A stretch of 63,499 nt of DNA, counting the filler, from Chiloscyllium plagiosum (lineage: Eukaryota), in NCBI RefSeq assembly GCF_004010195.1. It is 5 parts of one record of this genome, joined end to end, with 100 filler letters (N's around TTAATTAATTAA, not from the genome) between each part and the next. Parts side by side here need not be neighbours in the genome. Positions count along the whole stretch, not along the records: positions 22,079 to 40,834 come from NC_057714.1; positions 40,935 to 49,253 come from NC_057714.1; positions 49,354 to 58,422 come from NC_057714.1; 2 more parts are not named here. One strand, written 5' to 3'. Position 1 is the stretch's first letter, and the number at the start of each line of letters is the position of its first letter. Below, one piece after another: positions 39,402 through 51,719 of the stretch. A program made the position numbers and the translations under genes. The notes beneath the pieces are model-generated. The model ran no database searches. It was given only the letters and a program-made list of their open reading frames with translations, and had not been told where the DNA came from.

Positions 39402-40081
39402 AACACGATCGCTTCACTGGAAGCCTCAGCCCCTCAGTATTCGAGGCTGGGTGGATTGGGAAGTGAGGGCGAGGGTTAGAAGGTGTCCAGCACACCCAGC
39501 CATCGTCCTATTAAAAGGTAGAGCCGGGGCGCAGGGCAGAGTGACCACCTCCTGGTCTTATCCTGACCCTCAGTGGTGGACAGTTCCTTTCTCTGGGCTC
39601 CCCAGAATTCCTGAATCCTTGGATAGGCTCGGATTTTGTCTAGATCACCTTCGTCCGTCACCTCCCATCCACCAAATGGCTCTCTGCCCCTCCTGCTGAC
39701 CTCCGATTGGGTTATTTCCAGGATCTTTAGGCATTTAGTCATTCGGCCTCAGGGGACCAATTGTTCCTCAGTTTTGTCCAGATTCTGGGCACCAGAACCC
39801 GGGGAAATCTCAGACAGGGAGTGCAGTGCAGATTTAACAGCCCATGGTTAAATCATACAGAAAGGTGGAACAAATACACTTTCAGTTCCCTGAGTTTAGG
39901 AAGATCAAGGTTGAACTTAATTGATAATGATGAAAGAATATAACCCAATTGAGAGAAGGAGAGACCATTTCCCCTTGAGGTGGATTCCAAACACAGGGGC
40001 TTAAATTTATATACCACTGACACCATTTAGACCATCAACAGGTCAGAGGCTAGGAATCCGACACCATTTAGACCATCAACA

Positions 40082-40660
40082 GGTCAGAGGCTAGGAATCC
40101 TGCAGTGAGTAACTCCCCTCCTGACTCCCCAAAGCCTGTCCACCATCTCCAAGGCACAAGTCAGGAGGGTGGTGGAATACTCCCCACTTGCCTGAATGGG
40201 GGTAGCCCCAACAACACTCAAGAAGCTTGACACCATCCAGGACAAAGCAGCTCCCGCTTGATTGGCACCACACCCACAACCATCCACTCCCTCCCCCACC
40301 GACACTCAGTAGCAGCAGGGTGTACTATCCACAAGATGCACTGCAGAAATTCACCAAAGATCCTCAGACAGCACCTTCCAAACCCACGGCCACTTCTATC
40401 AAGAAATAGAAGGGTAACAGATACATGGGAACACCACCCCCCGCAAGTTCCCCTCCAAGCCACTCACCATCCCAACTTGGAAATATATAACCATTCCTTC
40501 AGGGTCACTGGGTCAAAATCCTGGAATTCCCTCCCTCAGGACATTGTGGGTCAACCCACAGCAGGTTCAAGAAGGCAGCTCACCCTCACCTTCTCAAGGG
40601 GGCAACTAGGGACGGGCAATAAATGCTGGGCCCAGTCAGCGACGCCTGTGTCCCTGGGAT
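40082..40660 (+). mobile_element. L2/CR1-group LINE ORF2 C-terminus and 3' end
   Basis: RLGIL..VTPLLTPQSLSTISKAQVRRVVEYSPLA..PTTLKKLDTIQDKAA. Preceded by a perfect 41-bp direct duplication (40019-40100). Confidence 0.78.
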
Positions 40661-40934
40661 GACAGGAAATAAACGTTAACGGGTTAGGTCTTCTTCAGAA
40701 AAAAGTCTTGTTTCTTTTGGGTGACACACGGTCCCAGCCAGATACCTGCTTCCATGGTGCAAAGTCAAGGTGTGAACTTCCCAACCACACGCACACGTAC
40801 ACATACACATGCACACATACACACACACACACACNNNNNNNNNNNNNNNNNNNNNNNNNNNNNNNNNNNNNNNNNNNNTTAATTAATTAANNNNNNNNNN
40901 NNNNNNNNNNNNNNNNNNNNNNNNNNNNNNNNNN

Positions 40935-41874
40935 TAGCGAGGTTTGCCGATGATACAAAGTTAGGTGGACAGGCAGGTAATACTGAGGAAGTGGGGAGGC
41001 TGTAGAAGGATCTAGACAGTTTGGAAGAGTGGTCCAGGAAATGGTTGATGGAATTCAATGTGAGCAAATGTGAGGTCTTGCACTTTGGAAAAAAGAATAC
41101 AAGCATGGACTACTTTCTAAGCGGTGAGAAAATTCGTAAAGCAAAGTACAGAGGGATCTGGGAGTGCTAGTTAAGGGTTCTCTAAAGGTAAACATGCAGG
41201 TTGAGTCCGTGATTAAGAAAGCGAATGCAATGTTGTTAATTATCTCAAGGGGGTTGGAATATAAAAGCACTGTTGTGCTACTGAGACTTTATAAAGCTCT
41301 GGTTAGGCCCCATTTGGAATACTGTGTCCAGTTTTGGTCCCCAGACCTCAGGAAGGACATACTGGCACTGGAACGTGTCCAGTGGAGATTCACACGGATG
41401 ATCCCTGGAATGGTAGGTCTAACATATGAGGAACGGCTGAGGATTCTGGGATTGTATTCATTGGAGTTTAAAAGTTTAAGGGGAGATCTAATAGAAACTT
41501 ACAAGATAATACATGGCTTGGTGAGGGTGGACGCTAGGAAATTGTTTCCGTTAGGTGAGGAGACTAGGACCCGTGGACACAACCTTAGAATTAGAGGGGG
41601 TAAATTTAGAACATAAATATGGAGACATTTCTTCAGCCAGAGAGTGGTGGGCCTGTGGAATTCATTGCCACAGAGTGCAGTGGAGGCTGGGACGCCAAAT
41701 GTCTTCAAGGCAGAAATTGATAATTCTTGATGTCACAAGGAATTAAGGGCTATGGGGAGAATGCGGGTAAGTGGAGTTGAAATGCCCATCAGCCATGATT
41801 GAATGGCAGAGTGGACTCGATGGGCCGAATGGCCTTACTTCCGCTCCTATGTCTTATGGTCTTATGGTTTTATG
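40935..41874 (+). mobile_element. CR1 LINE, RT C-terminus to 3' tail
   Basis: RFADDTKLGG, WLMEFNVSKC.VLHFG, LYKALVRPHLEYCVQFWSP; (TCTTATGG)n tail. Confidence 0.93.
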
Positions 41875-43257
41875 ATCATATTGAATGAAGGAGCAGGGTA
41901 GAGGGGTCTACTCCTGCTCAAATCTCCCCTGTTTCTAAAATTATCAGCTTAATTCTATCCTTATTTCAGGGGCATATGAACATTGCTGGCAATCCCAGTG
42001 TTTGTTGCTTATCCCTAATCATAATTCCAACTCTAATTCACCTTCGATTAATTGTGTACATTTATAACGTGTGCCCTGGTACTTTCTGGATTCGTTTATT
42101 GTGCAAACGATGAATCAGAGCTCGGGTTCTGTCAGGAGAGTGTGGAAAACATCGGAAAATGCAAGAAAGACCTCGTAAAGATGCAGATGTCATTGATAAG
42201 CTTTTGGACTGACCTTGGTATCAATCCAATAATCACTGGGTTTCATTCTCTCAGAGAGCAGCTCCACAAGGAACAAGCAATGTAAATACTCCTCTTTGTT
42301 TTGATGGATGATACTCAAATAGGAACAAAGGAATTGGCAGGCAAATAATTAAAGAACAAGGTCCATCTACAATCCTGGCTTCATTCCATGAGCCAATGGT
42401 AATCAGGGCTGGTGAATAATCACAGCAATTAATCTCCATCCATCAGTCTACAGCGGACCAAGGTATGAAGGTAATGGAAAATCTTTCCCGTGCTTTCAAG
42501 TTCCAGTGTTTTAATTGTATTTACAATCCTTGTCCACCTATTCGTTGCGAGTCCCAGCCCACAGTCACCACCTCTACCCAAGTCACAACAGGTTCTGAGG
42601 AATGGTATTGAAAATAATAAATGCTGGAGAGTTCACTGGGGGTCAGACAGGAGAGAGAAAGAAAGAAAGAGAGAGAAAGAGANNNNNNNNNNNNNNNNNN
42701 NNNNNNNNNNNNNNNGGAGAGAGAAGACACGTTTTGACAGCAGATGACTCTCCATCAGAGCTGATGTGCGGTGTCACTGGACCCAAAACGTTAACTCTGT
42801 TTCTCTCTCTTCAGTGAAGCTGAGTTTCTCCAGCAATACCTGTTCGTGTTTCTGATTTCCGGCATTCACCACCACCTTCTCCAGGGGAAAGTTTATTTTT
42901 AATTCACACGTGGGATATGACCCTCTCTGGCTAGACCAGCATTTATTACCCATTTCTTGAGAGAACTGCCCATTCTCATGGGAAGGTGGTGGTGAGCTGC
43001 CTTCTAGAACCGCAGCAGTCCCTTTAAGAGCATGCAGATGGCCAATGGGAATGAGCTACGGAAGGCGAATGGAAGTTAACTAGGCCGAAGTCTCCATTGC
43101 CTTTCTTGACCTCTCCAATGTCTTCATACTTGAAGAGGATGAGGAGGCATTATTGCAAGGAATGCCATCCTGATTTCTCTTTGGATTGTTTCGGTGCTGG
43201 GGACCAGCTGGTTGTGCCAGAAAGGTTACCTTCAGAGGTCAGGGAAAAGACACTCAC

Positions 43258-43355
43258 CTCAGCTGTCAGTACCGGTGCGTCCATTACACAAGTGGTCAAG
43301 TTTGCTGGTGATCGGACGGACCATCCTGCACTGGTACAGTTTCTTGTGATTGTGC
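43258..43355 (-). CDS. GHRHR: GHRH receptor-like exon 4: (G)TITRNCTSAGWSVRSPANLTTCVMDAPVLTAE
   Basis: Acceptor ctgtttaccag|GC, donor GAG|gtgagt, 98 nt, phase 1 to 0. RNCTxxGWS motif and last ECD Cys. Exons 1-4 total 366 nt with no stop. Confidence 0.88.
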
Positions 43356-43849
43356 CTGGTAAACAGATTAAAATGGCAGTAGCATGAAAGATTCCAGCAC
43401 TGAAAATCCACAATCAATCAGCCTCTCCCCTCAAACATCCTTCCCTGCCACACACCCAGGGCCAGACGGTTTTGAACATTCTCTCAAATTGGTCCAGAAT
43501 TGCGTGGAAATACCCATGGTGCACTTGGTATCCCTGACGTCATCAGGTAACCTAGCAACAAGCAGGACTGATATACAAAGTCTGATTTTTATTTTCAAAA
43601 TGGTCCCTCACTCTCTACATATAAACCACAGCAGTGGTGGAGCTCTCTGGGATCAAAGTGCAAAGATATATTTTCATTTCCAAGATGTGAAAGCCTCTAG
43701 TCTTTATTGTCCATATCTCCTTCACTCGCAGATAATGGCAGTAGCCTTGTTCCTTAAAGTGTTGCTATGGCGATACCCCCTTCAACATTCCTCATTGGTG
43801 CCTATACTTACAACATTCCATGTCCTAGGCTCTAAAAATCCTTCCATAA

Positions 43850-44512
43850 AACTCTACAACGTCTCCAGAAGGCATATGACGTGCTTGCCTTTATTGGTCG
43901 GGGAATTGAGTTCAAGAGTCAGGATGTCCTGGTGCAACTTTATAAGACTTTGGTTAAGCCACACTGAGAGTCTTGCGTTCACATCTGGTCGCCACATTAC
44001 AGGAAGGATGTGGGGGCTTTGGTGAGGGTGCAGAAGAGGTTTACCAGGATGCTGCCTGGATTAGAGGGTATCAGCTAGAGGGAGAGGATGGAAAAACTCA
44101 GGTTGGTTTCTCTGGAGCAGCAGAGGCCGAGGGGAGACTTGATGGAAGTCTATAAAATTATGAGATGCATGGATAGGGTTGACGATCAGAATCCTTTGTC
44201 CCAAAGTTAAAATGTATAAAACTAGACAGCGTGCATTTAAGGTGAAAGAGGGAAAGTTCAAAGGAGGTATGGGGGCAAGTTCTTTTTACACAGAGTGGTA
44301 GGGGTGTGAAACACGCTGCTAGGGGTGGGGGTGGAGGCAAATCCAATAGGGGAATTTAACAGGCTTTTAGATAAGCACAAGCATATGCAAGGAATGGAGG
44401 GATATGGACCAAGGGCAGGCAGAAGGGATTTGTTGAATTTGGTGTTATGGTCAGCACACCATTGTGGGCCGAAGGACCTGTACCTGTGCTGTACTGTTCT
44501 ATGTTCTATGTT
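43850..44512 (+). mobile_element. CR1 LINE 3' portion in intron 3 of the receptor gene
   Basis: LYKTLVKPH, WSPHYRKDV, VQKRFTRMLPGL motifs; (TGTTCTA)n tail. Confidence 0.88.
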
Positions 44513-45189
44513 CAAGACTTAGAGAGTGCACTTCCTGTGGGGATCCATCCCCAACCCATGCAGGCCAGAGGATTCCAGAACATTCTTTTGAACACTCATG
44601 AATTCTGCACTGTTCTGTAATGACGTGCCGGTCATGTCCGAATTACTTTGCTCAACAAAAGACAGGCTTGAGGCCTAACAGGAGAAAGAGAGCATATGGT
44701 ATCTGAGGCTTAACATGTAGTGAACATAGCACACTTAGAAGGAACACATGAATTTGGAGTCAGGTTTCCAATAGCCCTCCAGCGCAGAGGAGGATTCCTT
44801 GCCTGTAATTTGGATTTGTCGTAGGTTTTATCTTTGGAGAATAATTAACACAATTAGTCAGCAACGCCACTCATCGTTCTATCCTTCAATCACTGGTCCA
44901 CAGGAGGGTGCACAAAGTGAACCTTGTTTGTCTTAGTCTATGCTTCATGTTTTCCAGAATTACCTTGGCCCTTGATGTTTGTACATACTTTCAGAAGAAA
45001 ATTCAAGTTTGCTAAAGTTAGGGACAAAGGCCGAACATACTCTCTCCCTCCCCGCACTGTTCCACTTGAGGATTATGACTCTGGTTCTGATTCCTGGGAA
45101 GTCAGGGCTGATAAATAAGGAGAGACTGATTGTTCAGGACTATGTTCCCTGAGGTTTCGGAGAATGAGGGAGGGATTTCATAGAAATTC

Positions 45190-45920
45190 ATACAGGCTTT
45201 ATTCCCTGGAGCGTCGGAGGCTGAGAGGTGACCTTAAAGAGGTTTATAAAATCATGAGGGGTGTGGATAGGGTAAACAGACCAGGGCTTTTCCCTGGGGT
45301 GGGGGGTTCCAGAACTAGAGGGTTTAGGGTGAGAGAGGAAAGATATAAAAAGGATCAAAGGGGCAACTTTCTTTATGCACAGGGTGTAATGGATATGGAA
45401 TAAGCAGCCAGAGGAAGTGGTACAATTAGAATTAGAATAGTGTGGAGCCAGGCCCTTTAGCCCAACAAGTCCACACCGACCCTCCAAAGAGTGACCCTCC
45501 CAGACCTATTCCCCGATCCTATATTTGCCCCTGACTAATGCAACTAACCTACACAGCCCTACAGGCAATTTAGCATGGCCAATTGACCTAACTGCACATC
45601 TTTAGACTGTGGGAGGAAACCAGAGCACTCGGAGGAAACCCACGTAGACACGGGCAGAATGTGCAAACTCCCCACAGACAGCCACCCGAGGCTGGAATCA
45701 AACCCAGGTCCCTGGCACAGTGAGGCTGCAGTGCTAACCACTGAGCCACCTTGCCTTGCCAATTGCAGTATTTAAAAGGCATCTGGATGGGTATATGAAT
45801 AAGAAGGATTTAGAGGGATGTGAGCCAAATGCTGACAAATGAGACTAGATGAATTTGGGATATCTGGTCAGCATGGACGAGTTGGACTGAAGGGTCTGTT
45901 TCTGTGTTGTATGACTGTAT
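45190..45920 (+). mobile_element. HER1-type CR1 3' end with an antisense HE1 SINE inserted (about 45430-45755)
   Basis: LYSLERRRLRGDLKEVYKIMRG. The LINE resumes after the SINE (CAATT..CAATTGCAG). Confidence 0.85.
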
Positions 45921-47090
45921 TGTTTCTCAATCTCCAGAATTCATTTCCGACACCTCTCTGCCTGGTTCTGTCTCCTCCCTCCTTTAAGGCACTCCATCAA
46001 ACCTACTCTCCGATCAAACTATCTGTCATCGGAGCTAATGCCTCCTCACAGAGCCAAGTGTCACACCTTTGTTTTTTAGATTAGATTACTTACAGTGTGG
46101 AAACAGGCCCTTCGGCCCAACAAGTCCACACCGACCCGCCGAAGCGCACCCACCCAGACCCATTCCCCTACATTTACCCCTGCACCTAACACTACGGGCA
46201 ATTTAGCATGTGCAAACTCCACACAGAGAACTGCCCGGAATTGAACCCGGGTCTCTGGTGCTGTGAGGCAGCAGTTCTAACCACTGTGCCACCGTGCCGC
46301 CCAGTTTTATAAGACTCCCACGGGGCACTTTCCTGTTAAAGGGTCTGGATCAATGTAAATTAGGAGGCTTTCAAATTCATGAGATGGGGAGAAGCTGTTC
46401 CCATTCATAAAGGGTGTAACAACCAGAGGGAATGGATTTAAAAAGGTGTGCAGATGGAGCAAGCGAGAGAGCACCTTTCTCACCCAGCGAGCAGTTTGGG
46501 TGTGCATGCAGTGTCTGACAATGTAGTGGAAGCAGGGTCAATGGAGATGTTCAAGAGAGGAGCGGATGGCTATTTGGACAGAGTGGTCAGGGATAGGAGG
46601 GCAGAGAGTGGTGCTGGAAAAGCACAGCAGGTCAGGCAGCATCCGAAGGTCACGCGCAAGTCTTTCTTCATGAAGGGCCTATGCCAGAAATGTACATTCT
46701 CCTGCTCCCTCAGATGCTGCCTGACCTGCTGTGCTTTTAGAACATAGAACAATACAGCGCAAAACAGGCCCTTCATCAAGAAGGACCAACCTGTGAACTA
46801 TTGTCAGCTCGTCCCCCTACACCATCCCATCATCATCCATGTGCTTATCCAAGGATTGTTTAAATTTTCCAGCACTGCACTCTCAACTCTGATCTCCAGC
46901 ATCTGAAATCCTCACTTTCTCCATCAGGAATATGGGGCAAAGGCAGGAGGTTGGCACTAGGGTCATAGAACCAGTGAAGGTCTGCTCCTCAGATGTTGCT
47001 TGACCTGCTGTGCTTTCCCAGCACCACACTCACAATGGGCCAGATGACCTCCTTCTGTACCATAACTGCTATTCTTAGATTGCATCTTAC

Positions 47091-47198
47091 CTAAAGTTGG
47101 GTTGAACTGTAAGAAGATCCTTGGACAGGATACATTGACAATCTGTCCATAAGCAGCGTAGGGCCAGCACAACACACCATCCCATACGGCCTGGCAGC
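47091..47198 (-). CDS. GHRHR: GHRH receptor-like exon 3: (G)CQAVWDGVLCWPYAAYGQIVNVSCPRIFLQFNPTL(G)
   Basis: Acceptor gtctctag|GC, donor TTAG|gtaaga, 108 nt, phase 1 to 1. Carries the CxxxWDGxxCWP...G..V.V.CP signature of the class B1 hormone-binding domain. Confidence 0.92.
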   Translation of the reverse strand, partial: AARPYGMVCCAGPTLLMDRLSMYPVQGSSYSSTQL

Positions 47199-47671
47199 CT
47201 AGAGACAACAGAGTGAAGCAAGGCATGCTGGGTAAATCGGTTAGCAATCCATTTAATCACGAGCAGCTCTCTCTCAGATTCTGAGAGAGTGCACAAGCAG
47301 TGGAAAGCATTAATTCTGAGGGGTGCCTGACTGAAGCAGCCCTCAAGATGAGAATGTCATGTGACCTTGGTGGACGAGGATGTCAAAGGGGTAAGACAGA
47401 GGGGCCATCCATCTCCCTAACAATGTTGATCAGTGTCACCAGTACGTCGGTCACTAACGGGCAGCAAACTACGTGTTGTTTGAGACAAAAGCAAGTGGAC
47501 CCTGCAGATTCCAATCCTAAACGATGATGGTGGCTGCCTCATACAGCCCGGTGATCAGCAGGGTGGATGCTGATACCATGTAAGGTTCACTGGTATTCGA
47601 GCTGAGACTCTCCGAGCATCCCGAGTGTTGCGTTTGTTCTCAAGAGATGAAGTCCTAGCTACGTGGGTATC

Positions 47672-47930
47672 AGGGTGGCTCAGTGGTTAGCACGGCTGCC
47701 TCACAGCGCCAGGGACCCGGGTTCGATTCCAGCCTCGGGCAACTGTCTGTGTAGAGGTTGCACGTTCTCCCCATGTCTGCATGGGTTTCCTCCGGGTGCT
47801 CCGGTTTCCTCCCAAAGTCCAACGGTGTGCAGGTCAGGGTGGATTGTCCATGCTAAAATAAAGAGTCTGTCGTGTTCAGGGATGTGTAGGCTCGCCATGG
47901 TAAATGTGGGGACACAGTAGGATGGGTGGG
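47672..47930 (+). mobile_element. HE1-type SINE with intact Pol III A/B boxes
   Basis: TGGCTCAGTGG (A box) and GGTTCGATTCC (B box), followed by the V-domain. Confidence 0.85.
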
Positions 47931-49653
47931 TCTATTCTACAAACCCATTCTACTCCCCTTGCCTACTTCCAAATCAGCCTCAGCTCCCTGTCACTGAAAC
48001 CCTCATCCATGCCTTTGTAACTTGTAGCTTGGACCAGGTTTCCCTGTGAGATGTGCAGTTTTATAGCAACCTAGAACCTCCATACTTTACCATAAACAGG
48101 TTACTCACAGCTCTGCCAGTCCACCAGGAAGATATTATCAGTCTAACATCAGTCACATCTTTTCATCACTGAATGGCTTATCAGGGGCAACAATAGGGCC
48201 TGAATAGGCCAAAGGGTGGATGGGCAGATTAATATCTCCCCAGCTCCCCACTCCCATCTCCTCCCCACTCCCATCTCCTCCCCACTCCCCATCTCCTCCC
48301 CATTTCTCCATTTCTTCCCATCTCCTCCCCCATTTCCCCATCTCCCCATCTCCCCGTCTCCACCCCATGTCCCCGTCTCCTCCCCATCTTTCCCCACCAT
48401 GGGGAGATCAGAGAATCAGTCTCCCAGAATCCTCCTGGACAGCTCAATGCTGCTGAGATAGGCAATCTGGGCGATGCCACAGAATGAGGCAGGTACCAAG
48501 GAAATTTCTGGAAGGCCCCGGCAGTGAATAGTGGGGGAGATCTGGAGAGGGACGACTGCATTTCATATGCTCGGCCCTCTCTTCAGGGCTGGTGGCTTGC
48601 TGTGTCCCACAGTGAGAGCTATTTGCGATGTTGAGGGTGCTGCAAGGTCAGAGATACTAACTTTGGCTGGAATTCAAGACCCTTCTCTGCCGAATGCTAA
48701 TAACCCCATGGAGTTATATTGAGGTAAAAAACAGGTATCCATATCCCCTGGACTACTCAAAAAACACAAAGGTCTTGGTCACCCACAGCAGGTGGACAGC
48801 AACAATTCAAGAAGTCAGCTCCCCATCACCTTCTCAAGCTAGCCCCCCGCAGCAGGAACTAATTAGTCAATAAAACCACGGGCAAACGATTGAGCTGGTG
48901 ATTAACCCCTCGCTCTGGGTGTGAGCTTGCTATGCACAATTTGTCTCCAGTGTCTCCTCCATTTCGACAATGTTCACATTTCAAAAATAATCCACTGGGT
49001 CTGAGCACTTTCAGACATTGTGTGGGTTAACAGAGCAAGAGGAAAACAGAGCTTTCTTTTAATTTGTATCCCAAAACAGTGTGTTTTGCTTTTTCCAATC
49101 TTACTGTCCATCCTTTACTGTTTCAGCTTCATAGCCTCCTATTTAATGTACAGTTCATCCCATTCATTTCGACACCACCCCTACACATCAGCAACATTTC
49201 ACTCACTCTCTCCCACCCCCCAACTTCTCCATCTCTCTCCTCCCCAACTTCTCNNNNNNNNNNNNNNNNNNNNNNNNNNNNNNNNNNNNNNNNNNNNTTA
49301 ATTAATTAANNNNNNNNNNNNNNNNNNNNNNNNNNNNNNNNNNNNNNNNNNNNGTGTACCCCTATTAAAGCTCCTGAAGAAGGTGGTGTTAAGTCTGAAA
49401 CCCTGGTGTCTCTGCAACGCCGATGCTGAGCATTTTCAGCTTTGGATTGGTCTGTTTGAGATTGTGTAAAACATCTTTGAAAACAAAGCCTGATTGATCT
49501 TCTGGCTTAAAGCCTGTGCTCAGGAAGTGGAGGCATGGGTTCTGAATGCTGAATTGGTTTGAACAGAAAAATTGGGAGCAGTGTTGCGATGTTTACACAC
49601 ATCGATCCTAACAAATTAAATCCTGATTAACTTCAGAAATGTGAGCTGCTTAC

Positions 49654-49759
49654 CCTGGCCTGAAGCGTTGCTGTTCTCTTTAATACTTTGCAAACATTGC
49701 TCTTCATCTCTCTTTATCTCAGTTAGAATTTCACATTCCGGATGCAATCTCCCGATTAC
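49654..49759 (-). CDS. GHRHR: GHRH receptor-like exon 2: VIGRLHPECEILTEIKRDEEQCLQSIKENSNASGQ(G)
   Basis: Acceptor ctcgtttag|GTA, donor CAGG|gtaagc, 106 nt, phase 0 to 1. Contains the HPEC motif and the helix Cys of the secretin-family ECD. Confidence 0.88.
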
Positions 49760-50064
49760 CTAAACGAGGTGAGACAATTACAGTCAGCTCGACTCGCGTC
49801 CAGAAACCACGCAGTGCTGCTATTCCGTCTCGTTCATTGACCTGACTTGTTTAACCACAGCTTGTCACAGTCAGCCTGAATCCCTCTTATTGACAAACCA
49901 CCGAAAGTTTTATTCCCTGCCTGTGAGAATTCCTGCATGAGCTATTCTTGAAGGAACAAAGACCATCTGTCTCATTTGAAACCTCATCTCTCTGATAAAC
50001 CAACTCTCAAAATTTACCTGTTGCTGCATTTTCAGCGTATTTAACAGAGCTATTCAAAGCTATT

Positions 50065-50099
50065 CACCTGATGAAGGAGCGTCACTCCGAAAGCTAGTG
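50065..50099 (+). ncRNA. Minimal hammerhead ribozyme motif (Penelope-like family B)
   Basis: CAC-CUGAUGA-A-GGAG(CGUCA)CUCC-GAAA-GC-UA-GUG: stem I CAC/GUG, palindromic AGCU stem III. Followed by the family B tail to 50187. Confidence 0.7.
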
Positions 50100-50651
50100 C
50101 TTCCAATTAAACCTGTTGGACTATAACCTGGTGTTGTGTGATTTTTAACTTTGTATACCCCAGTCCAACACCGGCATCTCCAAATCATACTCAAAGGACA
50201 GTATCCTTTCCCTCAGAAATATCGAGGATAGGAGCAGGATTAGGCCATTTGAATCTGCTTTTGATTTGATTTATTATTGTCACATGTACCTAAGTACAGT
50301 GAAAGGTTTTGTTCTGTATGCGGTACAGGCAGTTTATAACACACAGAGATCACAGGGTGATAGAACCGAGCGAGGAATACAATCTTACTGCTGCAGAGGA
50401 GGTATACAAAGAGCGAGACCAACATGAAATTTGAAATTGGAGAATTGAGAGTGACCCTTCTTCAGATCAGGGTCTCGAAGGATTTTCCAGGTTGTGATGA
50501 GATGTGGGATGAGCAGCTGGATAACGCTGCCACAGAGCAGAGGCTGAGAGGGAGCTATTGGTGAGGGACAACTGGGAGATATCGACATCGACATTCCGGT
50601 GAAACATGGCTCCGTGTTTTTAGAAGATGCTATTGAGGAGCAGTATAAGAG

Positions 50652-51147
50652 AAACATAGAACAGTGCAGCACAGCACAGGCCCTTCAGCCCACAATGCTG
50701 TGCCGAGCGGTTATCTTAATCTAAGGTCAACCTAACCAACACTCCCCTCAATTTACTGCCGTCCATATGCTTATCCAGCAGTTGCTTAATGTCTCTGACT
50801 CTACTATCACTACCACACACCCACCACTCTCGGTGTAAAGAACCTACCTCTGACATCTCCCCTAAACCTTCCTCCAATCACCTTAAACTATGACCCCTCA
50901 TGACAGCCATTTCTGCCCTGGGGAAAAGTCTCTGGCTATGTACTCTATCTGTGCCTCTCATTACCTGCTACACCTCTATCAAGTCACCTCCCTGCTTTTG
51001 TCTCTCCAGTGTGAAAAGCCCTAGCGCATTCAACCTCTCTTCATAAGACAAGCCCCCCAATCCAGGCAGCATCCTGGTAAATCTCCTCTGCACCCTCGCT
51101 AAAGCATCTACATCCTTCCTAGAATGAGGTGACCAGAACTGACCACA
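50652..51147 (-). mobile_element. CR1 LINE 3' fragment
   Basis: QFWSPHSRKDVDALARVQRRFTRMLPGLGGLSYEERLNALGLFTLE. Confidence 0.88.
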
Positions 51148-51719
51148 AGGAAGAATCAAAGGCTTAATCCTTGGTGGTGGCAGAGGGTGGCTGACAGAGA
51201 TAGTGGAGTGGGAAGAGAAGCCGTCGCGAATGATATCCTGAATGCAATCAGTTAGATACAAGGGCTTTTGCCCAAAAGGTTGGTTTTCCGGCTCCTCAGA
51301 TGCTGCCTGACCTGCTGTGCTTTTCCAGCATCACTCTCATCTAGATACAAAAGGACCCAGGCAAATTCAACCACATGAATTGTGGTTAATTCTCAACTGC
51401 CCTCCAGACAATTAGGGAGGGGCACTTCATGGCCTACTCCTACACCTATTGTCTATTGTCTATTGTCTAATGCTCTCATCCCATTAATAAGTTAAAAACG
51501 AAACCTGCCCATGATGGAGAGGCAGTGGAGAAAGGCAGAGAGTCAGCAAAGAAGATGGGAGGAGGTGGAAATAAGGGAATAAATGGCCTCAAGGAGTTTT
51601 AGTCATTCATTTAAGGGCCATGGGCATCGCCAGCATTTATTGCCTATCCCTAATTGTCCAGAGGGTAACCACATTGCCATGGATTGGGAGTCACATGTAG
51701 GCCAGACCAGGTAAGGATC

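Noticed and set aside
42290..42370. LIICLPIPLFLFEYH resembling TM6 LLIPLFGxHY
   Set aside because: Lacks KSTL and Gly, has no fitting splice sites, and is out of order.
43356..43545. Intron-3-initiated isoform like human GHRHR SV1, and a TGACGTCA (CRE) site at 43535-43542
   Set aside because: The open frame upstream of exon 4 starts at TTG with no in-frame ATG, and a single 8-mer is expected by chance in 63 kb.
43384..44025. 213-aa plus-strand ORF
   Set aside because: No recognisable domain, antisense within intron 3, and the end runs into an out-of-frame CR1.
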